From contig JAQGDQ010001003.1 of assembly GCA_030141605.1 (NCBI GenBank), positions 7,176 to 71,175 on the forward strand: DNA of 64,000 bases, given 5' to 3'. Each line of letters opens with the position of its first letter. The first letter of the stretch is position 1. Positions 24,305 to 37,860 of the stretch are shown here, in pieces. This DNA comes from Tubiluchus corallicola (lineage: Eukaryota > Animalia > Priapulida). A model generated the notes under the pieces. It had not been told where the DNA came from, searched no databases, and saw nothing but the letters and a program-made list of their open reading frames with translations. Both the position numbers and the translations under genes were made by a program.

Positions 24305-25135
24305 CGGAAAAAGTCACAATTTTGGCTAGGAAAAAAGTCACAGGAAAAAGTCACAATTAATTTTGGTTATTGTATGTACCTTTTTTTCTCATGTACCTTT
24401 TCTATGTACCTTTTTTCACGTACCCTTTTCACGTACTTTTTTTCATGTACCATTTTCATGAACATTTTTTCGTATACCTTTTCATGTACTTTTTTTCATG
24501 TACCTTTTTCATGTACCTTTTTTCATGTACCTTTTTTCGTATACCTTTTTCATGTACCTTTTTTCACGAACATTTTTTCGTGTACCTTTTTCATGTACCT
24601 TTTTCATGTACGTTTTTCATGTACATTTTTTCATGAACATTTTTTCGTGTACCTTTTTCATGTTACCTTTTTTCGTATACCTTTTTTCGTGTACCTTTTT
24701 TCATGTACCTTTTTTCGTATACCTTTTTCATGTACCTTTTTTCGTGTACCTTTTTTCGTATACCTTTTTCATGTACCTTTTTTCATGTACCTTTTTTCAT
24801 GTACCTTTTGTCGTATACCTTTTCATGTACCTTTTTTCATGTACCTTTTTTCGTATACCTTTTTCATGTACCTTTTTTCACGAAAATTTTTTCGTGTACC
24901 TTTTTCATGTACCTTTTTCATGTACCTTTTTCATGTACATTTTTTCATGAACCTTTTTTCGTGTACCTTTTTTCGTGTACATTTTTTCATGAACCTTTTT
25001 TCGTGTACCTTTTTTCATGTACCTTTTTTCTGTGCCGTTTTTCATGTACCTTTTTCATGTGCCTTCTTTCCTGTGATTTTTTGTGGGACTTTTTTCACTT
25101 GTGACTTTTTTGATTGGTTTTTTACCTGGATTTGC
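24305..25135. mobile_element. MITE-like element with an internal 14-15-bp tandem array (ttttcatgtacctt)
   Basis: Repeated AAAAGTCACA at the left end and its inverse TGTGACTTTT at the right end enclose the array at 24375-25060. Confidence 0.55.
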
Positions 25136-25419
25136 ACAGGTAAATACAGCGTGTATTGCATGAGCTTTACCTTTGAATTTTGCTTAGCACGTTCATTAAT
25201 GTGTGCTTCGGTGTAACTAATTCCACTGTCTTTCTGAATCGTCTGATTAGAGAAATACTAGAAGCTTGGAGCTGTTGTTTTGCTAAAAAAATTTAAACGT
25301 GCGTGACCTCATAGAAAAGGTGGTAATTAATCCGTTTATTTAAAATTAAATTAATTTTTCTTTCGCCCTCAGTAAACTACAGCATATTTTTGCACACACT
25401 ACTGCAATTCTTCTGAAGC

Positions 25420-25530
25420 CCAGGCCAATGGCTGCCCGCATGTGCGATCGCAGCGCCGCCGCTATAAGCACGTCGAGCTGCTTAGCAGAGGAGGGAAGGA
25501 CGCATCAGTCAGTGTTCAGTCAGTGTGCGT
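25420..25530 (+). promoter_or_regulatory. Candidate core promoter of the CCDC141-like first exon
   Basis: CCAAT near 25426, TATAAG at 25463 and Inr-like TCAGTC repeats near 25504-25524, in a CpG-rich patch just upstream of the ATG. Confidence 0.5.
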
Positions 25531-25607
25531 TTAGAATCGTTTTTGTAGTTGTCTGCATGTGACCCACCACACTACCTTCATTAACCCATCAGTAACAGCA
25601 ATGAGTA

Positions 25608-25760
25608 ATGTCTGACACACGTGCAAGTGAGAGCGAGAGAGAGGTGGGCGTCTACTCGGAGGGGGAGGGCGCCGTCGCCGGGGGACGGTACACGACGACA
25701 ACGATCAGCACCGTCGCCGTCCAGGCCGGTTCTTCGAGGATTGTATTGGCAATTCTCAAA
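25608..25760 (+). CDS. CCDC141: CCDC141/zormin-like first coding exon
   Basis: ATG...TTTTISTVAVQAGSSRIVLAILK|GTAGGT matches the recalled CCDC141 N-terminus TTTVSSVAVQAGDSKIVIAVIK. 153 nt, phase 0. Confidence 0.88.
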
Positions 25761-25959
25761 GTAGGTTTCGTTTCGGTTGATATTAGTTATTTTATCTATG
25801 GCGCAGTTTGTTAGATCTATGACTAGTTACACAAGTATTGATTTGCTGTGTACTAATCCTGCTGATGATAGTATACTGTGACATTGTCTTCTGGTTTCAT
25901 TATGAAAATGATACAATTGATACAACTTTCATGAAGAATTCTCTTCCTTTTCCTTGCAG

Positions 25960-26260
25960 TAATCATTGCCGTTATCATTACTGTCTTATCATTTCTTCAT
26001 CGTGATGATGCTCCTGATCCTTCGTATCATTATCGTCCTCGTCATTCATGGCATTGCTATCGTCATTAGTGTCTCTTATCATTGTCATTGTCATCATCAC
26101 CACCATCAACGTCATGATCATCATTACTGCCTTTATCATCACCATCACTGCCATTATCATCATCATCATTGTCATCATCATTGTCATCATCATCATCATC
26201 ATCGCCATCATCATCATCATCTTCTTCTTCTTCTTCTTCTTCGTCTTCTTCTTCATCATC
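25960..26260. repeat. (CAT)n/(CTT)n microsatellite
   Basis: Direct reading. Confidence 0.9.
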
Positions 26261-26849
26261 GCGATGAAGTAGCGTAACTTGATCTCAACTGAACAACTTC
26301 ATTGTTTGGCTGTCTGTCGTATTAGCTGTCTGAGAGAGTTGTAGTGTTTTGCTGATTCAGAAATTGGTCGTGAATCATTTTAATTGCATTCAATTTCATC
26401 AGACTTAATTAATGAGGATAACGACTTTTCCACAGGAAATAGGTGTTTGTAGGAACAACCCCGTGGGAAAATTAAGGCAGTTTCTTAATAAATTTGAATT
26501 GTAGTGTAGTAAATACAGCAAACGAGAGAGAATAGAATTCTATATAGCCGATCTAGGATATTTTATATACATTGTATACTTGAAGGTTCATAGGAATAGT
26601 AGTATATCGTACTATTTTTAGGTCATTTTTGTTATTTATGTATAGCTACCAATTAGCACATTAGCACATTTATACATTTTTAGTCTGACATACGAACTTT
26701 TTTCTCTTTGTGTGTGTTTTGTTTTATTTGTTTTATAGCAATGTTAAACCACATGTTTTTTTCTGGACATAAGATGGATGTTGTTATTTTACTAGCAATA
26801 TGTCTCACTAGTGTAACAAGATAATCTTTGTCAATAAATTACTACTGCT

Positions 26850-26851
26850 GC

Positions 26852-26907
<56 letters not shown>

Positions 26908-27522
26908 CCACAACCACAACCACAACCACAACCACAACCACAACCACAACCACAACCACAACCACAACCACTATTACTACCACTACCACTACCACTACCA
27001 GTATTACTACCACATCCACAACCACTACCACTACCAGTATTACTACCACAACCACTACCACTACCACTACCAGTATTACTACCACAACCACTACCACTAC
27101 CAGTATTACTACCACATCCACAACCACTACCACTACCACTGCCACTACCACTATTACTACCACTACACTACCACTATTACTACCACTACACTACCACTGC
27201 CACTACACTACCACTGCCACTACACTACCACTGCCACTACCACTATTACTACCACTACCACTACCACTACACTACCACTATTACTACCACTGCCACTGCA
27301 CTACCACTGCCACTACCACTATTACTACCACTACCATTACACTACCACTATTACTACCACTGCCACTACACTACCACTGCCACTACCACTATTACTACCA
27401 CTACCACTACACTACCACTATTACTACCACTACCACTACACTACCACTATTACTACCACTACCACTACCACTACCACTACCACTGCCACTACCACTATTA
27501 CTACCACTACCACTACACTACT
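26850..27522. repeat. (CAA)n, (CAACCA)n, (CACTAC)n compound microsatellite
   Basis: Direct reading. Confidence 0.92.
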
Positions 27523-28390
27523 ATAACATTATTTTTGACGCAACGTGCAGTCCTGCATCAATGTCAAGCAGTATAAGAAAATGAAAGAACTCTTGTTTCG
27601 TTTTTCAACATTTTCTTTTGTTGGTTCCTCCTTTTTGTTATTGTTGTCGAAATTTTGTTTGCCAGTGACGTCACTCTTGTTTGCGGTTGCTCGTAGAGCC
27701 CTTGGGCTCTCATCTTACTAGTTTTTCAGAGAAATTCGTCGAAGAGACGACGAAAAAACGCGCAGGACTTTTTAATAGCAGAAGAAAAAGTTTTGATATG
27801 CGATATGGGATTGGTAATGGAAGCCATGGGTGGTGGGAACCTTTGTAGAACTTCAGTTTAGTTGAATAACCCGAAATGGCTGTATAAACTACGTGCTGCA
27901 TGATTTGCATCTAAACATACACGAAATGTTATTTTTTTCATTATTTCTTCATTTGTATCATAATATAACTATTTCGTATCAAAGATACAGTACGTCATGA
28001 AAACGGTTATGTTATAGTGGTTACATGAAAGTGGTTAAATTATAGTAATATTGCAAATTTATTTCATTTACGGCTGTATGCATAGATTTTTGAATTAAAT
28101 AGTATAGCTTTGTTAGCGGACATATAACCGCATCACTGTGATTATCATATAGGTAAAATATTTGTTTAATACATGTGTACAAATGCTTAGTAAATAGTTT
28201 TTTTCGCTTCATGGAGTTTACAACTAAATTTGTATATATGTGTATATACCTTGTGCAGCTATGTTGAGTCAAATTGTTAGTATGATCTGGAAATCATTAC
28301 CCGAGCTCTGCCCGCTGATAAAACCATCGGGTATGCGTCGAGTTTGTAATTTTCGTGTTGGAAATTTGATTTTCAGAAATAAAATATCTA

Positions 28391-28432
<42 letters not shown>

Positions 28433-29394
28433 CGTCCGTCCGTCCGTCCGTCCGTCCGTCCATCCATCCATCCATCCATCTATCTACAATAAAACACAAT
28501 AAAATGGCAATACAACCAAATTCACGTGTAAAAAATTACAATATGAACAAGTTTGTCATTTCATTGGTTTTTGATGTTTAGGTCCTTATAAAATTCATTT
28601 TCTACTAGACGTTTTGCATTAATACAAGACAAGTTCAGTATTAGATCCAGTCACGCCAAGTTATTGAAATTGAGATCTAAATTTTAGTTCCCTCTTCGCA
28701 TTTTTGTAACATTTTGCCTAAAGCAATTGTTACCGTCTCAATTGATGGCAAATTGTTGACGATGACTTCAGCTAAACTCGTAAAATCAGTCAAGGTTTGT
28801 CAGAAATGACGTTTAAAACGCGCCAATGTTGTCCAGCTGATGTTGCTGAATTGAGCCAAATTTCGAATTCCATTGAACTTACTCAATGTGCTATTAAGAT
28901 ATTTGAGTAGTCGTAGGGATCCAATCACTCCACGCCCGTCGAGTGCTCTCAATCATTGCTCTTGATGTATCTAAATGCATAAATGAACTTCCAGCTAATG
29001 TTCACGTTGAATTATCCCGTGTTGGTGAACATAGTTTGAACACTATCGTTCTATAAATGAAATACTATTATTTGAATACGTTCTCATATGTCTATACGAT
29101 TAGCCATTGTTATGTGTGTAGCAAAAATGATACAAGCAGATTTCTTATTATAGCTTTGTTACTTTTTGTGACGTTTAAATATGGAAATTGCATTTAAAGT
29201 GGAACAGTAATTGTTGATATCTACTAACTTGGCTATATTTAGCTACTTGACGAATTTTATTTCAATAACTTCAACTTAATTTTGGTTTTGTAAAGATGGC
29301 TGCCACGGTAGCGGCTTAGCCCCTAGTGGCGATGTCCTCAATTAGACTTTTTGAAATTAATGTGCTATTGTATTGAACGTCGAAATAAATGATA

Positions 29395-29930
29395 ATGAAT
29401 GAATGAATGAGTGAGTGAAACAGTCAGTCAGTCAGTCAGTGAATGAATGAATGAATGATTGAACGAGTGAGTGAGTGAATGAATGAATGAGTGAGTGAAT
29501 CAGTCAGTCAGTCAGTGAATGAATGAATGAATGATTGAACGAGTGAGTGAGTGAATGAATGAGTGAGTGAATGAATGAATAAATGAGAAAGCAAATGAAT
29601 GAATAATGAGCTACTCATAACGAATGAATGAACGAGTGAGTGAATCAGTCAGTCGTTCAGTCAGTGAATGATTGAATGAGTGAGTGAGTGAGTGAATGAA
29701 TGAATGAGTGAGCGAATGAATGAATGAGTTACTCATAACGAATGAATGAATGAGTGAGTGAATCAGTCAGTCAGGCAGTCAGTCAGTGAATGAATGAATG
29801 AATGATCGAATGAGTGAGTGAGTGAATGAATGATTGAATGCGTGAGTGAGTGAATGAATGAATGAATGAATGAGTGACCGAATGAATGAATAATGAGTTA
29901 CTCATAACGAATGAATGAATAATAATTACT
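29395..29930. repeat. GAAT/GAGT/CAGT tetranucleotide compound repeat
   Basis: Direct reading. Confidence 0.9.
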
Positions 29931-31200
29931 CACAATTTTTTAGTCTAGCGTTTTATACTTGAGCAGGATGGTTGTGTTTCGAAACAACCAAATAAATGGT
30001 TTTAAATGGAGTTATTCAGTCACTTATTTACTAGGAGACAAACTTCTCACGTTAGTAACTGTAGAGCATGCTTTAGCTGCGTGGTACTTGACCGGCTAGT
30101 TAATGATGCGGTTTAGAATTTCCATAGCAGTCCAGTATAGCATCATCTGCAGCCTCCCCATCAGTACCACGTGGCGACATAAGGCAGTTCTCCGCAGGCA
30201 AGCCGGATACCAGGAATATTTCTGGTCATAAGTCGACATGTGATTCACGAATTATTTCCCTTGGTTTATTTGCAGTTTATTTACTTCCGTAGTGGAAAAA
30301 AGCGTCTTTTACCATTTTTCCTCAGTCTTTGCCAAATGCTATGCGTTTAATGCAAGGAAGATACGATAATTTTTCGCATACTACCACATTTTCGATTCCT
30401 ATAAAAAGTATACATTTTATAACACAATTAATACTGTATATGTATGGATAATGTATGTATAAATGTATGTATGTATACAATTAATGTATAAATTTAACAC
30501 AATTAACACTGCAATAGCGTTTCTGATAATTTTAACTGCTGCCAAGCCCAACTAATGATGACATCAAACAGCAAAAATATTCCACGAGCGTTTTGCACGT
30601 GTTTACGAAAGAGAAAATTGAAGTACAGTGCTACTGTAAGAGATTCAATGTGTTGTAATAAACTAGGCAAATTTTAAGATAAAAATTCAAATTTCAAATT
30701 TACTGCTGTGCTCAGTTGTCGAACATGTGTAGTGCGTCAGAAACTAACACATTTGAACCGAGAGGTACAGCACCTGTTTTTGTATAATGCGTTTCCGAAA
30801 TGCAGCCGCTAGTGCCCGTCTAACCAGCGAATGGCGAAATGCATGTAATAGTGAAGAACTGGTGGTGCGAACGTGAAATTGCGCTTGTGTGGTAATAATT
30901 CTTTCACGTAAGTCATTCTTGAAAAAAATAGTGTGTTTTCGTAGGATTGTTTTGATCTACAGTTTAAGATTGGGTCCGGTTTTGCTTTAAGGAAGAGTTG
31001 GTTAGACTATCCCTACAAGTAAAGTGTTTACTTTTATTTCAAATGGACAGGGTTGTAACTATTTCCTTATTTGGGAGTTAGCTTTCTTATAAAATCTTTA
31101 CGTTTGTCACATAAAGATCGTCAGATGTTGATCACGTGATAAACTTAGCACGTACGTATATGTCGTGGTTTTCTGTGGCAGTTTCAATGCAAAAACGTAA

Positions 31201-31444
31201 GGGCACGTTCAGACTAGCGAGTTTTCCTTCTGACAGGAAACTCGCAAGTGTGAACTGCTTTGCGACTTACTGTCGGGAAAAAATTGCAAACTTCGCGCGC
31301 TGTGTGTCAGCTTACTGTCTTCTTATTGTCGGAGAGTAACTCGCAGCAAGTTAATGTCAGAGAATAACTTGCTGCGAGTTACTCTCCGACAGTAACTCGC
31401 GGCAAGTTACTGTCAGAGAGTAACTTGCTAGTCTGAACGTTCCC
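31201..31444. mobile_element. PIF/Harbinger-like MITE
   Basis: TAA|GGGCACGTTCAGACTAGC...GCTAGTCTGAACGTTCCC|TAA: 3-bp TAA duplication, G-starting TIRs and internal palindromic subrepeats. Confidence 0.8.
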
Positions 31445-32714
31445 TAATGCTTCTAAGCCCTTAATTTTACCTCTGTTTGCAGTAGAACTGGTTTGTCTGG
31501 AGTACAATGATTTGTGATCACTGTCGGAGAGTAACTCGCAGCAAGTTACTGTCAGAGAGTAACTTGTTAGTCTGAACGTTCCCTAATGCTTCTAAGCCCT
31601 TAATTTTACTTCTGTTTGCAGTAGAACTGGTTTGTCTGGAGTACAATGATTTGTGATCACCATTTCTGATTTTGGTCATGACAACGCTGTGTTGAATGTG
31701 TAACTTAATAGGCCACAATAGGCGTTTGATATTAGAAATTTACGTATAGGCAGCTCTATCGTGACTGCTTTAAGAAATTCATCAAGCAAGTCTTCTGATT
31801 TAAGCTTCACATAGCGAATGGTACAGTAACTGGGCTTCACTGTAGTGTAATGTATAGGTACGTGGTTTCACTTCAGAGCTGGGCTTCTCAAACCATGCTT
31901 TTACGACTAGCTCATTATGCGTGGAGTTCTCGACTAACCGTAATTGTTTTGAACTCATTGGAGTGCCTAGAAATTGCTCTGAACTCAGTCAGGCAAGATT
32001 TTGCCACATCTACACGCCCAGCAAACGACAGATTCTAAACAAAATTGTAACCAAACAATAATTATAGCTATACAGCACTTACAAGCAATAAAAACAATGG
32101 CACACAAAATCAACAAAAGTATGCCCCAGGCGCCAAAAAGGAGTTTTCGTGTTTTTGAAAGAATTTCTTGATTAAACTCATTTGCTGATCGTTGAAGATG
32201 GTGTCATGGTTGATGTCATGATGATGATGATGATGTCATGATGTCAGAGTTCATTATTAGAGTCGTTCTGAATATCTTAGGGTTAAAATTCTTGCCAACA
32301 AGATAGGATTTATCCATTAATTCTATTAATTCTTATTAAGGTAAAGTTGTGTTTTGGTTGTCCTTGGTAAAACTTTGTTTTTCTCATTAGAGCATGAGAA
32401 TTACTTTCTGTTGTTCGTAGTTTTTTTACATTCTGTTGTAAAATCATCACTGTAAATTGGCTTCCAAATTAGTAATTGGCTTCTCTCTTAGTCATTACTC
32501 TGTGAGGTTTGTGTTTTTCAAGAGATTGTCACTGGTTGTTGTTGATTGTTATTGTTGACAATAAAATGATCAAAACTGGATGTTTTATGGAACATCAGTA
32601 GGCGATAATACGGCTTGAAAAAGTATTGCGCGATATGACTAGGAAATTTGTCACAGAACCATCCTTACCGGCTTCCCGTAAAGTCATTGTTAATGTTTAC
32701 CTACAGTGCTGGTG

Positions 32715-34375
32715 GTTTCCTGCAGAATCATTGTTAGTGGTTTCCTACAGAATCATTGTTAGTGGTTTCCTACAGAATCATTGTTAGGGCCTTCCTACAG
32801 AATCATTGTTAGTGGTTTCCTACAGAATCATTGTTTCTTCCTACAGCATCATTGTTAGTGCCTTCGTACAGAATCATTGTTAGTGGTTTCCTGCAGGATC
32901 ATTGTTAGTGGTTTTCTACTGCATCATTCTTCGGTGCTTCCTACAGAGTCATTGTTAGTGCCTTTCTACAGAATCATTGTTAGTGGTTTCCTACAGAATC
33001 ATTGTTAGTGGTTTCCTACAGAATCATTGTTAGTGGTTTCTCTACAGAATCATTGTTAGTGCCTTCCTACAGAATCATTGTTAGTGGTTTCCTACAGAAT
33101 CATTGTTAGTGCCTTCCTACAGAATCATTGTTAGTGGTTTCCTGCAGAATCATTGTTAGTGGTTTCCTACAGAATCATTGTTAGTGCCTTCCTACAGAAT
33201 CATTGTTAATGATTTTCTACAGAATCATTGTTAGTGCCTTCCTACAGAATCATTGTTAGTGGTTTTCTGCAGTGTCATTGTTAGTGGCTTCCTACACAAT
33301 CATTGTTAGTTGTTTCCTACAGAATCATTGTTAGTGCCTTCCTACAGAATCATTGTTAGTGCCTTCGTACAGAATCATTGTTAGTGCCTTCCTACAGTAT
33401 CATTGTACTTCATGTGGACAAATGCTCCTACAGAATCAGTAGTGGTTTCTTACAGTATCATTGTTACTAATTTTCTACAGAACCATCGTTACTGATTTCC
33501 TACAGAATCATCGTCACCGGTTCCCTAAAGAGCCATTGTTACTAATTTCCTACAGAACTGTTGTTATTGATTTCCTAAAGAACCATTGTCACAGGTTCCC
33601 TACAGAACCATTGTTACTAATTACCTACAGAATAATTGTTACTGGTTTCCTACAGAATCATTGTTACTAATTTCCTACAGAACCATTGTTGCTGATTCCC
33701 TACAGAACCATTGTTACTAATTACCTACAGAACCATTGTTACTGATTTCCTACAGAATCATTGTTACTGGTTCGCTACAGAACCATTGTTACTAATTTAC
33801 TACAGAACCATTGTTGCTGATTCCCTACAGAACCATTGTTACTGGTTTCCTACAGAATAATTGTCACTGGTTCCTACAAACAAACTAATTACCTACTACA
33901 GAACCATTGTTACTGATTTCCTACAGAACCATTGTTACTAATTACCTACAGAACCATTGTTACTAATTTCCTACAGAACCAGTTACTAATTACTACAGAA
34001 GTACTGATTTCACAGAACCATTGTACTACCTACAGAACATTGTTACTGATTTCCTACAGAATCAGTGTTACTGGTTCGCTACAGAACCATTGTCACTAAT
34101 TTCCCACAGAACCATTGTTACTGATTTCCTACAGAATCATTGTTACTGATTCGCTGCAGAACCATTGTTGCTAATTTCCTACAGAACCATTGTCACAGGT
34201 TCCCTACAGAACCATTGTTACTAATTACCTACAGAACCATTGTTACTGGTTTCCTACAGAATCATTGTTACTGATTCGCTGCAGAACCATTGTTACTAAA
34301 TACCTACAGAACCATTGTTACTCATTTCCTACAGAACCATTGTTACTAATTTCCTACAGAATCATTGTTACTGTT
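32715..34375 (+). repeat. 25-bp minisatellite with two subtype domains
   Basis: cctacagaatcattgttagtggttt up to about 33400, then cctacagaaccattgttactaattt. Confidence 0.92.
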
Positions 34376-34889
34376 TTTGTGCGCAATATTGGCCATTTTT
34401 ACAGAATATGCATACGTAGTTTCTAGCAGTCATTGTTAGCAGTTTCCCTTAAAATTATTGCTGGGTTTTCCAAGCAATTATAATTATTGGCTTCTTTCGG
34501 TTGAAATCAAACTTCAGTTGATGAACTTGCTGTAGACTTGATTACGCCTAAGTGTCTCTGCACGGCAACCAAAATTCCAGCCTGTTTTGCAAAATGCCTC
34601 CCTAAAAATAAACAACGGTTATTTGTAGCCGCACGGCAGCGTTTAATTCGTCGGATAAACTATGCTTGTGTGCAAAAACGCAGGAACAAATCGCTGCTAA
34701 CATGGAAGCTGAAAGAACCAAATCTTCATCCGGTTGCCAATGGCGAAAGGATGCCGCATCCCAGAAATGGCTGACTCAGAAATAGCAACGTAGCTTGTGT
34801 AAACGGGAGTGTTTACTTCACAGTGCCAGAGATCTGGCTAATGTCGTGGCGTCAAGAATTCGCCCGTGTTTTTCGGGGCTGACCTTGGT

Positions 34890-34903
34890 GTTGCTATAGC
34901 AAC
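34890..34903. promoter_or_regulatory. RFX X-box-like palindrome
   Basis: GTTGCTATAGCAAC is a perfect 14-bp palindrome fitting the RFX consensus; half sites lie nearby at about 34563, 34731 and 34781. Confidence 0.45.
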
Positions 34904-35587
34904 GGGGAAGCTGCTCCCGCCTTCTTTGAAACTTAGTAGTTAAACTTATTAGCACACATCACTTGTTGTGTTTCAGGACTCATCTTATCTTAACGCTCAG
35001 TTTTTTAGATCAATTAAGTTAAATAACCTTGAATTTGTTCATATGTTGGATGATTGGAGGGAAAGCGGGGTACAAACGGAATCTAGTACACTGAGCAGGT
35101 TGTTATAGTTTATTTACGTTGAGCTATGTTTATTTGTTGTTTAAAGGAAGACAGGATGATTTTTCATATACTACCCTATTTTCAAGTCTGATAAAAAGTA
35201 TACATTTTTACACAATTAATACTACAAAAGCGTTTCTGATAATTAAATTATAGATTAAAAACTTAATTAACGGTGAGCGAGCCCAGCTATATTCAGGTTT
35301 TGCTTTAAAGGACTAATGTTTTTTCCAGCTATATTGTCTGCTGTTGCCTTGTTTTAAATCTAATTTGGTACATGCTTTAATCCTCTTCATTCATTGTCTC
35401 AAACTCAATGTATAGCTTGTCTGATGCAACTTGCCCTGTGCCGTATGTATAAACTTCAAGTCGAAGGTGAAGACTCCATTTTGTACTTTTCAAGTTTTGC
35501 ATTGAGACGCCTCATAGCAATTTTACGTCATCCGGGTTATAAATTCTAACAGGCAAATAAACCTGCCGAGTTTCAAGTTAACCTACT

Positions 35588-37860
35588 GAATCAACAAGAA
35601 AGCGTGGAACTGCTGATGCGGGCCGCCCTGTGTGGGAACATTAGGGGTTAACACATTGAATCAATGTGGAACTGCTGATACAGGCTGTCCTGTGTGGGAA
35701 CATTAGGGGTTAAGACATTGAATCAATGTGGAACTGCCCGATGCGGGCCGCCCTGTGTGGGAACATTAGGGGTTAAGACATTGAATCAATGTGGAACTGC
35801 TGATGCAGGCCGCCCTGTGTGGGAACATTAGGGGTTAACACATTGAATCAATGTGGAACTGCTGATGCGGGCCGCCCTGTGTGGGAACATTAGGGGTTAA
35901 GACATTGAATCAATGTGGAACTGCTGATGCGGGCCGCCCTGTGTGGGAACATTAGGGGTTAAGACATTGAATCAATGTGGAACTGCTGATGCGGGCCGCC
36001 CTGTGTGGGAACATTAGGGGTTAACTCATTGAATCAACGTGGAACCACCTGATGCAGGCTGCCCTGTGTGGGAATATTAGGGGTTAACTCATTGAATCAA
36101 CGTGGAACCACCTGATGCAGGCTGCCCTGTGTGGGAATATTAGGGGTTAACACACTGAATTAATGTGGAACTGCCTGATGCAGGCTGTCCTGTGTGGGAA
36201 TATTAGGGGTTAACACATTGAATCAATGTGGAACTGCTGATGCGGGCCGCCCTGTGTGGGAACATTAGGGGTTAACACATTGAATCAATGTGGAACTGCT
36301 GATGCGGGCCGCCCTGTGTGGGAACATTAGGGGTTAACTCATTGAATCAACGTGGAACCACCTGATGCAGGCTGCCCTGTGTGGGAATATTAGGGGTTAA
36401 CACATTGAATCAATGTGGAACTGCTGATGCAGGCTGTCCTGTGTGGGAACATTAGGGGTTAACACACTGAATTAATGTGGAACTGCCTGATGCAGGCTGT
36501 CCTGTGTGGGAATATTAGGGGTTAACACATTGAATCAATGTGGAACTGCCCGATGCAGGCTGCCCTGTGTGGAAATATTAGGGGTTAAGACATTGAATCA
36601 ATGTGGAACTGCTGATGCAGGCCGCCCTGTGTGGGAATATTAGGGGTTAAGACATTGAATTAATGTGGAACTGCCCGATGCAGGCTGCCTTGTGTGGAAA
36701 TATTAGGGGTTAACACATTGAATCAACGTGGAACGGCTGATGCAGGGTGCCCTGTGTGGGAATATTAGGGGTTAACACACTGAATTAATGTGGAACTGCT
36801 GATGCAGGGTGCCCTGTGTGGGAATATTAGGGGTTAACACATTGAATCAATGTGGAACTGCTGATGCAGGCTGTCCTGTGTGGGAATATTAGGGGTTAAC
36901 ACATTGAATCAATGTGGAACTGCTGATGCAGGCCGCCCTGTGTGGGAATATTAGGGGTTAACACATTGAATCAATGTGGAACTGCTGATGCAGGGTGCCC
37001 TGTGTGGGAATATTAGGTGTTAACACATTGAATCAATGTGGAACTGCTGATGCAGGCCGCCCTGTGTGGGAATATTAGGTGTTAACACATTGAATCAATG
37101 TGGAACTGCTGATGCAGGCTGTCCTGTGTGGGAATATTAGGGGTTAACACATTGAATCAATGTGGAACTGCTGATGCAGGCTGCCCTGTGTGGCAATATT
37201 AGGTGTTAACACATTGAATCAATGTGGAACTGCTGATGCAGGGTGCCCTGTGTGGGAATATTAGGTGTTAACACATTGAATCAATGTGGAACTGCTGATG
37301 CAGGCCGCCCTGTGTGGGAATATTAGGTGTTAACACATTGAATCAATGTGGAACTGCTGATGCAGGCCGCCCTGTGTGGGAATATCAGGTGTTAACACAT
37401 TGAATCAATGTGGAACTGCTGATGCAGGGTGCCCTGTGTGGGAATATTAGGGGTTAACTAATTGAATCAACGTGGAACTGCTGATGCAGGCTGTCCTGTG
37501 TGGGAATATTAGGGGTTAACACATTGAATCAATGTGGAACTGCTGATGCAGGGTGTCCTGTGTGGGAATATTAGGGGTTAACACATTGAATCAATGTGGA
37601 ACTGCTGATGCAGGCTGTCCTGTGTGGGAATATTAGGGGTTAACACATTGAATCAATGTGGAACTGCTGATGCAGGCTGTCCTGTGTGGGAATATTAGGG
37701 GTTAACTAATTGAATCAACGTGGAACTGCCCGATGCAGGCTGCCCTGCGTTGGTAACTCATCGAATCAACGTGGAACTGCCCGATGCAGGCTGTCCTGTG
37801 TTGGTAACTCATCGAATCAACGTGGAACTGCCCGATGTAGGTTGTCTTGTGTTGGGAATA
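35588..37860. repeat. 62-63-bp satellite, about 34 copies, ending in shorter 51-bp units
   Basis: gaatcaatgtggaactgctgatgcaggctgccctgtgtgggaatattaggggttaacacatt. Confidence 0.95.

Noticed and set aside
24284-27526. Phe-rich, poly-His, poly-Asn and poly-Val ORFs
   Set aside because: Simple-repeat translations; only 25608-25760 has homology and a splice donor.
35588-37860. 62-bp period array with TTAGGGG, suggesting CRISPR or telomeric repeats
   Set aside because: The whole unit repeats, so there are no spacers, and there is only one TTAGGG-like word per unit.
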